A stretch of 62,329 bases of DNA from a virus (lineage: Duplodnaviria; Caudoviricetes). The stretch covers positions 1-62,329 of IMG/VR virus record IMGVR_UViG_3300035670_000210. One strand, written 5' to 3'. A program made the translations under genes and the position numbers. The notes under the pieces are model-generated. The model worked only from the letters and a program-made list of their open reading frames with translations. It was not told the DNA's origin and did not search any database. Position 1 is the stretch's first letter. Every line of letters starts with the position of its first letter. This document shows, piece by piece, positions 8,829 through 17,659 of the stretch.

Positions 8829-8841
8829 TGCGACACTAACA
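8823..8841. repeat. Palindrome copy 7 TGTTAGTG-cga-CACTAACA
   Basis: Its TAG is the stop codon of 8445..8828; followed by a GGGGGC-tacg-GCCCCC hairpin. Confidence 0.95.
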
Positions 8842-8892
8842 GGGGGCTACGGCCCCCACCCACAAACCGAAACCAGTTATTGCGAGGACACC

Positions 8893-9195
8893 ATGACACC
8901 GGAAGGCAAAGTCAAACGTGTGGTTACCCAGCAACTCAAGGCTATGGGGGTATACTTCTTTTACCCGGTCACGGGTGGCTATGGTCGTTCCGGGCAGCCG
9001 GACATCGTTGGGTGCTACAAGGGACGGTTCTTCGGTATCGAGTGCAAGGCCAATGGCAACAAGCCGACACCACTGCAATCCCAACACATAGCTGAGATCA
9101 ACAACACAGGGGGCGTCGCGTTTGTTGTCAACGAAGACAACATGAAAGAAGTTAGCCGTATACTCATGGAGGCTGTGCCAAATGGCATTGAGTAA
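8893..9195 (+). CDS. VRR-NUC nuclease / Holliday junction resolvase-like
   Basis: E..GQPDIV..FFGIECK..PTPLQ PD-(D/E)xK pattern; GAGG RBS. Confidence 0.88.
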   Translation: MTPEGKVKRVVTQQLKAMGVYFFYPVTGGYGRSGQPDIVGCYKGRFFGIECKANGNKPTPLQSQHIAEINNTGGVAFVVNEDNMKEVSRILMEAVPNGIE

Positions 9196-9361
9196 AGAGC
9201 ATGAGGCTACGCTTCGACACCTACGGCAGCAAGTGGACGCCGCGCAAGAAGCTCTGTTCAAGGTCAACCGCCCTGCCGATGCGCAAACCAAACTGTTCTA
9301 CGCACGTAACAAGTTGGAGCAGTTTGTCAAACAGCTACGTGCTGCGGGGGTAAACATATGA
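9182..9361 (+). CDS. Hypothetical 59-aa protein
   Basis: GGAGG RBS; fills the operon gap; ATGA overlap. Confidence 0.6.
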   Translation: MALSKEHEATLRHLRQQVDAAQEALFKVNRPADAQTKLFYARNKLEQFVKQLRAAGVNI

Positions 9362-9495
9362 AAACAAAACAAGACTATTTTGATCTGGAGATGTGGTGCC
9401 ACGTGGCACTGGAGATGGCACCGAAGTGGTCGCCCTACCGCCTGCTCTGGAAGTTTGGGGCTTGGTACGCAAGGAGAAAGCAACGTGGGGTATGA
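9358..9495 (+). CDS. Hypothetical 45-aa protein
   Basis: ATGA coupling; fills the operon gap. Confidence 0.45.
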   Translation: MKTKQDYFDLEMWCHVALEMAPKWSPYRLLWKFGAWYARRKQRGV

Positions 9496-10000
9496 TGAGG
9501 AAAAAGTTTGGGCGTATCTGCTAAAGGATCGGCAGGCAACGGCTCATGATGTGGCACTAAACTGCGATGTAACAGAGGCTTATGCGGAGGAGTTGATGAG
9601 CAAGATATCTAGTCCAAACTGGAGAGAAGACGTTAGTGCGCCACTAACAGGAGGCGTGAAGTTCGACGCCGACAAAGCACGATACGACCTGATCCCGCCG
9701 GAGATCGAGGAAGCCATCGCCAAGGTGCTGACATTCGGCGCGGTCAAGTACGGTGAGCGCAACTGGGAACTTGGTATGCGGTGGGGGCGTCCATACGCTG
9801 CACTGCGGCGACACATGACTGCGTGGTGGTCAGGAGAGAACACGGACCCCGAAACGGGGATGCCGCATACATGGCATGCAGCCTGTTGCATTGCCTTCAT
9901 CGTAGCGTTCGAGGCGAGGGGGGCCGGGACAGATGACAGACCAGATACCAAAACAAATACACCCGACATTACGGGAAGCGATCAAGAGCCTGTCGGATGA
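9485..10000 (+). CDS. dATP/dGTP diphosphohydrolase-domain protein (DUF5664-like) with HTH-like N-terminus
   Basis: KFDADKARYDLIP..VLTFGAVKYGERNW..RH..DPETGMPH..HAAC; GTG start after AGGAGAA. Confidence 0.8.
   Translation: MGYDEEKVWAYLLKDRQATAHDVALNCDVTEAYAEELMSKISSPNWREDVSAPLTGGVKFDADKARYDLIPPEIEEAIAKVLTFGAVKYGERNWELGMRWGRPYAALRRHMTAWWSGENTDPETGMPHTWHAACCIAFIVAFEARGAGTDDRPDTKTNTPDITGSDQEPVG
9631..9649. repeat. Palindrome copy 8 cGTTAGTG-cgc-CACTAACA
   Basis: In frame at the domain junction of 9485..10000. Confidence 0.95.
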
Positions 10001-10151
10001 GTGGCAGGTGGTGAAGAAGCGAGATCACTACTTCCTACACCACAACGGGCGTCGCGTTGCCTGTGTCGGCAACAACGCGTCCAAGGTTAGCGATTACCAC
10101 GTCAAGAAAAGCCTGCACGCACTGCAGCGATACACGGAGAGCATGAAATGA
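9933..10151 (+). CDS. Hypothetical protein (dsRBD/HicA-like pattern possible)
   Basis: WQVVKKRDHYFL pattern; overlaps the upstream gene by 68 nt. Confidence 0.55.
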   Translation: MTDQIPKQIHPTLREAIKSLSDEWQVVKKRDHYFLHHNGRRVACVGNNASKVSDYHVKKSLHALQRYTESMK

Positions 10152-10170
10152 TGAACCAAGGAGGAGAAAA

Positions 10171-10389
10171 ATGAAATTCTGGAGAGCAAGAGAAGAAGTC
10201 ATGCCGCACAGAGACGTGCAGGCAGAGGCGGTACTTGGGATCAGCAACGCAGCGCAGGTGCTGCCGCCTAAGAGGTTCATGGATTTGGTTTACTACACCA
10301 TTCTGATGAACCGCCAGATCAGCGTCGAGGACATCGACGCGCTGGCCAATCGGTTGAGCCGGGCGGCTTGGGAACGGGGGCGGAGATGA
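10171..10389 (+). CDS. Hypothetical protein
   Basis: GGAGGAGAA RBS. Confidence 0.7.
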   Translation: MKFWRAREEVMPHRDVQAEAVLGISNAAQVLPPKRFMDLVYYTILMNRQISVEDIDALANRLSRAAWERGRR

Positions 10390-10637
10390 GCAAACAGGTC
10401 AAGATCAAAAGCCTGATCTGGCGCGACGTGACCATCCCAGAAGGCGCAACTGGCGGCCTATGGCTCGTTGCATACAGCATCGTCGGCACATACGAACTGC
10501 ACCGCTTTGACGACAAGGTTGGCGTGTATCTTGGGATGCCCGGCGGCATTGCGTTGGACGAATACGTTGACGTTCTGTCAGCCACCGATGCCGCTCAGGC
10601 GAACTTTGAGAATAAGGTCAGGAGTGTTTTGATATGA
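10386..10637 (+). CDS. Hypothetical protein
   Basis: ATGA coupling at both ends. Confidence 0.7.
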   Translation: MSKQVKIKSLIWRDVTIPEGATGGLWLVAYSIVGTYELHRFDDKVGVYLGMPGGIALDEYVDVLSATDAAQANFENKVRSVLI

Positions 10638-11035
10638 TCGACATGACCAAAAACCGAGCGCCGTATGGCCTGCTGACCGCCGAGGAAAAGGCTGCGCTGC
10701 ATGAGCATGAGAAGGCGGGTGGAGTAGTTGAACACCACTGTGATGGCGTCTGGTTCAAATATGCTCCTTCTTGGCTTTACAACGTGGTCTACCGCACCCT
10801 CCCCCTGCCCCTGACCCAAGACTTGATCGCATGGGAGAAGCTGCCTGATTGGGTTGAGTGGGTGGCGCGGGATGAAGACGGTGAGGTGCTTGGTCACAGC
10901 CTCGAACCAAACATCAGCCGCGACTCAACTTGGCTGGCTCATGGAGAGCGCCGCCGCATCGACGACTTCCCCGGTATCGTGGTGCAGATCGGGACGGTGG
11001 ATTGGAAAGACAGCAAGCAGCGGAGGCCGAGATGA
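10634..11035 (+). CDS. Hypothetical phage protein (WVARDEDG motif)
   Basis: AGGAG RBS; motif common in phage early proteins. Confidence 0.75.
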   Translation: MIDMTKNRAPYGLLTAEEKAALHEHEKAGGVVEHHCDGVWFKYAPSWLYNVVYRTLPLPLTQDLIAWEKLPDWVEWVARDEDGEVLGHSLEPNISRDSTWLAHGERRRIDDFPGIVVQIGTVDWKDSKQRRPR

Positions 11036-11193
11036 CCTACTTCCACCCAGACTACGGCCTGACCGACGACCTGCGCCTAGCCGCCGTCCAAGACGCTGAG
11101 ATCATAGGCGTGAAGCAATCCGCCGCGCTGCACCGCGTCTCGGTGCCGAGCATCTACAAGTGGCGGAAGGTATTTGAGGGAGGAAAGGGATGA
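11032..11193 (+). CDS. Small HTH protein
   Basis: VKQSAALHRVSVPSIYKWRK; GGAGG RBS. Confidence 0.65.
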   Translation: MTYFHPDYGLTDDLRLAAVQDAEIIGVKQSAALHRVSVPSIYKWRKVFEGGKG

Positions 11194-11693
11194 CTGACGA
11201 AGAACTGATGAAGCGGCTGCGAGAAGGTGCGACGTGGGATGACGATGTTGCCGCCGCCGACCGCATCGAAGCCCTGACCGCTGATAGGGTTAAAAATAAT
11301 AAGGATTACTGCGCCTTAATGGAACGGTATGACGCCCTGACCGAGCAACTCGAAGCCGCCCGTGCTGACGCCAAGGAGGCCGAGGCTTATGCGGAGGAGT
11401 TGGAGAAGGAGAGGGACCACTGGCAAGGTGTTGCCGGGCGAGAGGGTGTGTGCATGACTTGCCACGGCCCCAGAGGAGCGCCCGAGCCTTATGGCTGCTC
11501 CGACTGTTTGAACACTGGCTATTGCGGCGAGTGGCACAACCAGATGCAGGAACTGCGGGAGAAGCTGGCGAAGGCGGTGGAGGCGCTGACTGACATCGTA
11601 AAAGACTGCGAAGCGGAATACCCACCCTCGCACGGAGCCATCAAATACTTCTGCCGCGCCACGCTGGCCGAGATTGAGGTAGAGAAGACATGA
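11190..11693 (+). CDS. Hypothetical coiled-coil protein with CxxC..CxxC
   Basis: AADRIEAL motif, CMTC/CSDC. Confidence 0.7.
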   Translation: MTDEELMKRLREGATWDDDVAAADRIEALTADRVKNNKDYCALMERYDALTEQLEAARADAKEAEAYAEELEKERDHWQGVAGREGVCMTCHGPRGAPEPYGCSDCLNTGYCGEWHNQMQELREKLAKAVEALTDIVKDCEAEYPPSHGAIKYFCRATLAEIEVEKT

Positions 11694-11968
11694 CTGACAA
11701 CATCATCAACCTAGACGACCACCGCCCGCACCAGACCAGCTATGTCGCCTGCTTTGAGTGCGGCAAGGATTGGGTGGCAGTGGCACCAGTGGACACCGTC
11801 CACTTCCAATGCCCGGACTGCCTCAAACTGTCTGCGATGATTGTTGAACCTCATAGCGCGGACTTCATCAACGCCTTCACACGTTCAGCGAAGCGCAAAG
11901 AGGACAGACAGAAGCGGACGATGGTGGTGCTGAACGCCGCACGCATGATTGACGAGGGTTTGATATGA
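11690..11968 (+). CDS. Zinc-ribbon protein
   Basis: CFECG..CPDC. Confidence 0.7.
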   Translation: MTDNIINLDDHRPHQTSYVACFECGKDWVAVAPVDTVHFQCPDCLKLSAMIVEPHSADFINAFTRSAKRKEDRQKRTMVVLNAARMIDEGLI

Positions 11969-11977
11969 GAGCCAAAG

Positions 11978-12166
11978 ATGCCCCGTGACGCCAGCAACAG
12001 CCCCGGAGCGAGGGCCCTGAGGCTGGCGGGCTACGTCAAGTTGCCTGCGTGGTGGGTCACGCAGGAGCAGTTAGAGTTGATAGAGTACATGGCTAAACAA
12101 AACAAAGCCGAGATAGACGCAATAAAGGAGAGAGCGAATGCGCCTTGGATCAAAAAGGATTACTAG
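11978..12166 (+). CDS. Hypothetical protein (RHH-like possible)
   Basis: 62-aa ORF in operon. Confidence 0.55.
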   Translation: MPRDASNSPGARALRLAGYVKLPAWWVTQEQLELIEYMAKQNKAEIDAIKERANAPWIKKDY

Positions 12167-12443
12167 AGACATGCTGGAGGCGGCACTGGCCAAGCAGTGG
12201 GACCCGACCACCACGTCACGGCACTATGGGGTGCATCGCACGTCGGTGACGGCTGCCTGCGAGCGCTTCGGTATCTCGCTGCCGATGCACAAGTTCTCAC
12301 CGCAGGCGGTGTCGAGACGCAGCCCTGAGTGGAAGGAAGCCGTTGACGCCATGACGCTTGAGCCGAGGACTAAGGCCGTGTGGTCCGCCAGTCCCGCCGC
12401 TATTGAGCGCGCACTAAAAAACAAGGTCAAGGTACATGGCTAA
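12138..12443 (+). CDS. HTH-like hypothetical protein
   Basis: TSRHYGVHRTSVTAACERFGI; AAGGAG RBS. Confidence 0.6.
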   Translation: MRLGSKRITRDMLEAALAKQWDPTTTSRHYGVHRTSVTAACERFGISLPMHKFSPQAVSRRSPEWKEAVDAMTLEPRTKAVWSASPAAIERALKNKVKVHG

Positions 12444-12882
12444 CCCGTTAGACACACATCGCCTGCAAGAGTGGGCCGTTGAGATGGCGATGCACGTCGC
12501 CAAACTAAGCAAAGACCCAAGCACACAGGTGGGTGCGGTAATCTTCGATCCGAAGCGGCGCGTTGTATCCGCGGGGTATAATGGCTTTGCACGTGGCGTG
12601 GCTGATACCTCTGAGCGACTAGAAAACCGAGACATAAAATACAAGCTCGTTCTCCATGCGGAGAAGAACGCCATTCTGTTTGCAACGGCCTCGCTTGAGG
12701 ACTGCACTATTGTGGTTACCCACCCCTGCTGTGCTCAGTGCGCTGCGCAAGTTATCCAGTCGGGCATAAAACACGTGATATGGCCGAAGCCGACACCGGA
12801 GTTCATGGGGCGGTGGGCTAACGACTACGCGCTCAGCGTGATGCAGTTTAAAGAGGCGGGCGTCGACCTGACCGAACTATAA
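12436..12882 (+). CDS. dCMP deaminase
   Basis: SKDPSTQVGA, GYNG, HAE, PCxxC zinc motif. Confidence 0.92.
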   Translation: MANPLDTHRLQEWAVEMAMHVAKLSKDPSTQVGAVIFDPKRRVVSAGYNGFARGVADTSERLENRDIKYKLVLHAEKNAILFATASLEDCTIVVTHPCCAQCAAQVIQSGIKHVIWPKPTPEFMGRWANDYALSVMQFKEAGVDLTEL

Positions 12883-12899
12883 GAACCTAGGAGAACAAG

Positions 12900-14729
12900 A
12901 TGAACCTGATAACGCTTGATTTTGAGACTTATTACGACCGGGACTATTCTCTGTCGAAGATGACCACAGAGGAATACATACGTGATCCGCAGTTTGAAGT
13001 GGTCGGCGTTAGTGTGAAGGTCGGCACGGGCGAGACCGAGTGGGCCAGTGGCACTATGGGGCAGATAAAGAAGTATCTGCAGCGGTTTGACTGGGTTAAC
13101 AGCATGATGCTGGCACACAATACCATGTTCGACGGGGCGATCCTGTCATGGCACTTTGGTATTCAGCCGAAGGCGCTGGCGGATACTATGCACATGGCTC
13201 GTGCACTGCACGGCGTCGAGGCCTCCGCATCCCTTAAGGCTGTCGCGGAACGCTACGGCGTTGGCGTTAAAGGCACCGAGGTGGTGCGCGCCATGGGTAA
13301 GCGGCGGCTGGACTTTACCGATGAAGAACTCAGCACGTACGGTGACTACTGCATCAACGATGTGGACCTGACCTATAAGCTGTTCAGGCTTATGTCCAAA
13401 GAGTTCCCCGTGAAGGAACTCAAGCTGATCGACCTGACTCTGCGTATGTTTACTGACCCAAAGTTGGAGCTGGACAAGGACCAGCTGGAAGCGCACCTCA
13501 CCGCAGTGCGCGAGCGTAAGGACCAGCTGCTTGTTGAGGCAGGAGTGGACGACAAGGGCGACCTCATGTCAAACCCGAAGTTTGCGCTCATGCTCAACAT
13601 GCTGGGCGTCACTCCGCCCATGAAGGTAAGCCCCACAACGGGTAAGGAGACCTACGCGTTTGCCAAGAACGACGAGGAGTTCAGGGCACTGCTGGAGCAC
13701 GACGATGACCGGGTGCAGGCACTCGTAGCGGCACGGCTGGGCACCAAGTCCACACTAGAAGAAACACGGACGCAGCGGTTCATCGACATCGCCAGCCGGG
13801 GCAAGCTACCTGTCCCGGTGCGTTACTACGCTGCGCATACGGGTCGGTGGGGTGGGGATGACAAGATCAACCTGCAAAACCTACCAAGCCGCGGGCCCAA
13901 TGCTAAGGCGTTGAAGAAGGCGATCGTTGCACCTGAGGGCCACACTATCATCGAGGCTGACTCGGCACAGATCGAAGCGCGGGTGTTAGCATGGCTGGCC
14001 GAGCAGGAAGACCTTGTTAGTGCCTTCACTAACAAAGAAGATGTTTACAAGAAGATGGCGTCTACCATTTACGGCGTAGCTGTGGACGACGTGACCAAGG
14101 ACCAGCGGTTCGTGGGTAAGACCACGATTCTCGGTGCAGGTTACGGCATGGGTGCACCCAAGTTCCAAGCTCAGCTAAAGACGTTTGGGTTTGATATGCC
14201 GCTCGATGAGGCACGGCGGGTCATCAATATCTACCGCGAAGCCAACTGGAACATCAGCAACTTGTGGAAAGAGGCGCAGATCATGCTGCGTTACATGGCA
14301 CAAGGTGATCGGGTTACGTTCGGGCGGTCGGGTGTCATAGGGGTGGACCCCGTTAAGAAGGCACTGATCCTGCCGAGCGACCTGCCGATGTATTACCACG
14401 ACCTGTTTGCGGTCGAGGAGGAGAAGGGCCCGCAGTACTACTACAAGACCCGCGCTGGGGATAACAAAATCTATGGTGGTAAGGTCGTGGAGAACGTGTG
14501 CCAAGCCATCGCACGGTGTATCATTGGTGAGCAGATGTTACGTATTGCCAAAAGATACAAAGTCGTGTTGACTGTGCATGACTCCATCGTATGCTGTGTA
14601 CCCGACGCCGAAACCGATGCGGCCAAGACATACGTGGAAGATTCGATGCGTTGGGTGCCGAGTTGGGCTGAGGGCCTGCCCGTGGACTGCGAAGCAGGAA
14701 CAGCAAAAAGCTACGGAGAATGTGAATGA
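12900..14729 (+). CDS. Family A DNA polymerase with 3'-5' exonuclease
   Basis: Exo DFET/HNTMFD/YCINDV; motif A DSAQIEARVLA, motif B RFVGKTTILGAGYG, motif C VHDS. Confidence 0.95.
   Translation: MNLITLDFETYYDRDYSLSKMTTEEYIRDPQFEVVGVSVKVGTGETEWASGTMGQIKKYLQRFDWVNSMMLAHNTMFDGAILSWHFGIQPKALADTMHMARALHGVEASASLKAVAERYGVGVKGTEVVRAMGKRRLDFTDEELSTYGDYCINDVDLTYKLFRLMSKEFPVKELKLIDLTLRMFTDPKLELDKDQLEAHLTAVRERKDQLLVEAGVDDKGDLMSNPKFALMLNMLGVTPPMKVSPTTGKETYAFAKNDEEFRALLEHDDDRVQALVAARLGTKSTLEETRTQRFIDIASRGKLPVPVRYYAAHTGRWGGDDKINLQNLPSRGPNAKALKKAIVAPEGHTIIEADSAQIEARVLAWLAEQEDLVSAFTNKEDVYKKMASTIYGVAVDDVTKDQRFVGKTTILGAGYGMGAPKFQAQLKTFGFDMPLDEARRVINIYREANWNISNLWKEAQIMLRYMAQGDRVTFGRSGVIGVDPVKKALILPSDLPMYYHDLFAVEEEKGPQYYYKTRAGDNKIYGGKVVENVCQAIARCIIGEQMLRIAKRYKVVLTVHDSIVCCVPDAETDAAKTYVEDSMRWVPSWAEGLPVDCEAGTAKSYGECE
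14015..14034. repeat. Palindrome copy 9 TGTTAGTG-cctt-CACTAACA
   Basis: Inside the polymerase gene just after motif A (LVSAFTNK). Confidence 0.93.
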
Positions 14730-15391
14730 GCGCAGCGCCTTGGTCCTACAGTAAACTCAAAGCCTTCGAGACCTGTCCCAAGCAGTTCTACCATGTGAAC
14801 GTCCTCAAGCAGTTTCCGTTCGAGGAAACCGAAGCGATTCGCTACGGCTCTGAGTTTCACAAAGCTGCCGAGGAGTTCATGCGGGATGACAAGCCGATCC
14901 CGCCGAAGTTCAGCTACGTGACCAAGGCGCTCAACTCACTTAAGGCCAAACCGGGTGAAAAGTTGTGCGAGCGTAAGATGGGACTTACTGAAAACCTAGA
15001 GCCATGTGAGTTCTTTGATAAACAAGTTTGGTTCCGTGGTATCGCCGACCTTATCATCCTCGATGGAGACCTTGCGTGGATTATAGACTACAAGACGGGT
15101 AAGTCGTCCAAGTATGCCGACAAGGGTCAGCTAGAGCTCATGGCCCTGACCGTGTTCGCACACTTCCCGCGGGTCAAACGCATCCGTGCAGGGCTACTGT
15201 TTGTGGTGGCAAATGACATGGTGAAGGCGAGCTACACCGACTTCGACAAAGAAGAACTCTGGAAGAAGTGGCTAGCAAAACACGCTGCCATGAAGAAGGC
15301 TTTTGATGTAGAAGTATGGAATCCGAGGCCAAGCGGTTTGTGCCGCAAACACTGCCCGGTATTAGAGTGCCCACACAACGGAGCAAATTGA
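14726..15391 (+). CDS. Cas4-like PD-(D/E)xK exonuclease
   Basis: SYS..CPKQF, GIADL, IIDYKTGK, C-terminal Cys cluster. Confidence 0.88.
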   Translation: MSAAPWSYSKLKAFETCPKQFYHVNVLKQFPFEETEAIRYGSEFHKAAEEFMRDDKPIPPKFSYVTKALNSLKAKPGEKLCERKMGLTENLEPCEFFDKQVWFRGIADLIILDGDLAWIIDYKTGKSSKYADKGQLELMALTVFAHFPRVKRIRAGLLFVVANDMVKASYTDFDKEELWKKWLAKHAAMKKAFDVEVWNPRPSGLCRKHCPVLECPHNGAN

Positions 15392-15654
15392 TGCCATACG
15401 TGAACAAGCCACGCCCGTACAAGAAAGAGTACGAGCAACAGAAAGCGCGAGGCGAACACGAAGACCGCATGGAGCGGCAGCGGGCTCGCCGCAAGTTCGA
15501 TAGCGAGAACGGTAAGTCCAAGCGCGAGGGTAAAGACATCGCACACAACAAGCCCCTGTCTAAAGGCGGCACCAATAAGGACGGGTATACCCTCCAATCC
15601 CCAAGCAAGAACAGGGCAGCTGGCGGTGCAATCAGTAGCCCCAAGAAACGTTAG
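15391..15654 (+). CDS. HNH-type protein (T7 gp7.7-like)
   Basis: GKDIAHNKPLSKGGTN..SKNR. Confidence 0.75.
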   Translation: MPYVNKPRPYKKEYEQQKARGEHEDRMERQRARRKFDSENGKSKREGKDIAHNKPLSKGGTNKDGYTLQSPSKNRAAGGAISSPKKR

Positions 15655-15667
15655 TGCCACACTAACA
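15649..15667. repeat. Palindrome copy 10 cGTTAGTG-cca-CACTAACA
   Basis: Its TAG is the stop of 15391..15654; directly before the helicase RBS. Confidence 0.95.
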
Positions 15668-15678
15668 CTGGAGAGAAC

Positions 15679-17214
15679 ATGAAGATCATCAATGGTAAGG
15701 CGCTCCTGCTCAGGCTGCGCAATCCAAACCGCGTCACTGAAACAATCCCTAAGAGTAAGGTGACAGGTCCGCACGAAGTCGCTGTCCGGTGGGGTGTTGA
15801 TGAGGTGCAGACTCTGCACAGTCTCGGAGTTAAGGCACCGTCGCCGATCTCTGGGCGATATGACTGGCCCGGTCGATACAGGCCAATGGGGCACCAGAAA
15901 ACGACTGCTGAGTTTCTCACAATACACAAGAAGTCATTTTGCTTTAACGAGCAGGGGACCGGCAAGACCGCCTCTGCTATCTGGGCCGCGGACTTCCTGA
16001 TGAAACAAGGCAAGGTGCGTAGAGCGCTGATTATCTGCCCGCTCTCAATTATGGACTCAGCGTGGCGTGCAGACTTGTTCGAGGTGGCTATGCACCGAAC
16101 CGTGGATGTAGCCCACGGCGACGCTAAGAAGCGCAAAAAGATCATCGAGGGCGGCGCGGAGTTCGTCGTAATTAACTTTGACGGTGTCGAGATCGTCGAG
16201 GAAGAGATACGCAACGGTAAGTTTGACCTTATCATCGTAGACGAGGCGACGCACTACAAGAACGCACAGAGTAAACGTTGGAAGTGCTTGAACCGGCTCG
16301 TGACTGACGACACGTGGTTGTGGATGATGACGGGTACACCCGCCGCGCAGTCCCCGCTCGATGCCTTCGGCCTAGCTAAGCTGGTAAATCCTAGCGCAGT
16401 GCCGCGGTTCTTCGGGTCGTTTCGCGACCAAGTGATGATGAAGCTCACGCAGTTCAAGTGGATAGCCAAGCCGAATGCAACGGAGACGGTGTACAATGCA
16501 CTGCAGCCAGCGATCAGATTCACCAAGGATCAGTGCTTGGACCTGCCAGATATGACTTACGTAAAGCGGGCAGTCGAACTGACCCGCCAGCAGAAAAAGT
16601 ATTACACCGAGCTAAAAAACAAGCTCGTCATGGAAGCCGCGGGTGAGGAAGTGACCGCAGCCAACGCAGCCATCGTTATGAACAAGCTGCTGCAAATCAG
16701 CGCCGGGGCGGTCTACACCGACGACGGAGCCACGTTGGAGTTCGATATCAAGAATCGGTACAACGTGCTGAAAGAAGTCATCGACGAGAGCAGCCAGAAG
16801 GTGCTGGTGTTTGTCCCATTCAAGCACACCATTGACGTTCTGGTGGGGAAGCTACGCGGCGACGGGTTTACTACCGAAGTGATTCGCGGCGACGTACCAG
16901 CAATGAAGCGGACAGAGATATTTAAACGCTTCCAAGAGACCCCTGACCCCAAGATATTGGTGATCCAGCCTCAGTCGGCAGCACATGGTGTGACTTTAAC
17001 AGCGGCCAATACTGTCGTATGGTGGGGGCCTACTTCGTCTCTGGAGACCTATGCACAGGCAAATGCACGGGTGCACCGATCGGGGCAGAAGCATCCATGT
17101 ACAGTCGTGCAGCTGCAAGGTTCTGCTGTAGAAAAACACGTGTACGCGCTGCTAGATAACAGAATTGACGTACACACAAAAATAATCGACTTGTACAAGC
17201 AGATACTTGACTAG
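15679..17214 (+). CDS. SNF2-family superfamily II helicase
   Basis: QGTGKT, IVDEATH, TGTP, QANARVHRSGQ. Confidence 0.93.
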   Translation: MKIINGKALLLRLRNPNRVTETIPKSKVTGPHEVAVRWGVDEVQTLHSLGVKAPSPISGRYDWPGRYRPMGHQKTTAEFLTIHKKSFCFNEQGTGKTASAIWAADFLMKQGKVRRALIICPLSIMDSAWRADLFEVAMHRTVDVAHGDAKKRKKIIEGGAEFVVINFDGVEIVEEEIRNGKFDLIIVDEATHYKNAQSKRWKCLNRLVTDDTWLWMMTGTPAAQSPLDAFGLAKLVNPSAVPRFFGSFRDQVMMKLTQFKWIAKPNATETVYNALQPAIRFTKDQCLDLPDMTYVKRAVELTRQQKKYYTELKNKLVMEAAGEEVTAANAAIVMNKLLQISAGAVYTDDGATLEFDIKNRYNVLKEVIDESSQKVLVFVPFKHTIDVLVGKLRGDGFTTEVIRGDVPAMKRTEIFKRFQETPDPKILVIQPQSAAHGVTLTAANTVVWWGPTSSLETYAQANARVHRSGQKHPCTVVQLQGSAVEKHVYALLDNRIDVHTKIIDLYKQILD

Positions 17215-17235
17215 CATAAGACTAGATAGTATCTA
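17207..17235 (+). promoter_or_regulatory. Possible promoter P3
   Basis: TTGACT-17bp-TATCTA (imperfect -10), flanked by inverted repeat AGATACT/AGTATCT. Confidence 0.4.
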
Positions 17236-17260
17236 AGAGGTCCAGCTAAAGGAGAACACC

Positions 17261-17659
17261 ATGAGCGATACCGCTGTATCGGTCGAAAAGCTGACGCGCG
17301 TATATATAAAAATCAGAGACGCGCGCGCAGAGCTAGCGGCCAACTTCAAGAAAGAGGACGACGACCTCAAAACGAAGCAGGACAAAATCAAACGTGCCCT
17401 GCTCGACCACTGCAAAGAACACAACGTCGAAAGTGTTCGCACATCGGAAGGTCTGTTCTACCGTAGTGTGAAGCAACGCTACTGGACGAGCGACTGGGAC
17501 TCCATGAACAAATTCATCCTCGACAATGAGGTGCCGGAGTTCTTCGAAAAGCGTCTGAACCAGACGGTCGTCAAACAATTCCTTGAAGAAAACCCCGATG
17601 CCGTACCACCGGGTCTGAATGTGGACTCGGAGTACACAATTTCTGTGAGGAAGAAATGA
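17261..17659 (+). CDS. Conserved phage replication-module protein
   Basis: AGGAGAAC RBS; N-terminal coiled coil, C-terminal PPGLN. Confidence 0.8.
   Translation: MSDTAVSVEKLTRVYIKIRDARAELAANFKKEDDDLKTKQDKIKRALLDHCKEHNVESVRTSEGLFYRSVKQRYWTSDWDSMNKFILDNEVPEFFEKRLNQTVVKQFLEENPDAVPPGLNVDSEYTISVRKK

Noticed and set aside
9485-10000. 2-aminoadenine (Z) genome pathway
   Set aside because: No PurZ/adenylosuccinate-synthetase-like gene is recognisable in the window.
301-15667. Palindromes plus a Cas4-like gene as a CRISPR system
   Set aside because: Copies are 0.4-4.4 kb apart with genes between them, so there is no repeat-spacer array. No cas1/cas2 is present, and solo Cas4-like nucleases are common in phage replication modules.
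301-15667. Palindromes as integron attC sites
   Set aside because: The order is GTT...AAC rather than RYYYAAC...GTTRRRY, the sites are far too short, and no integrase is seen.
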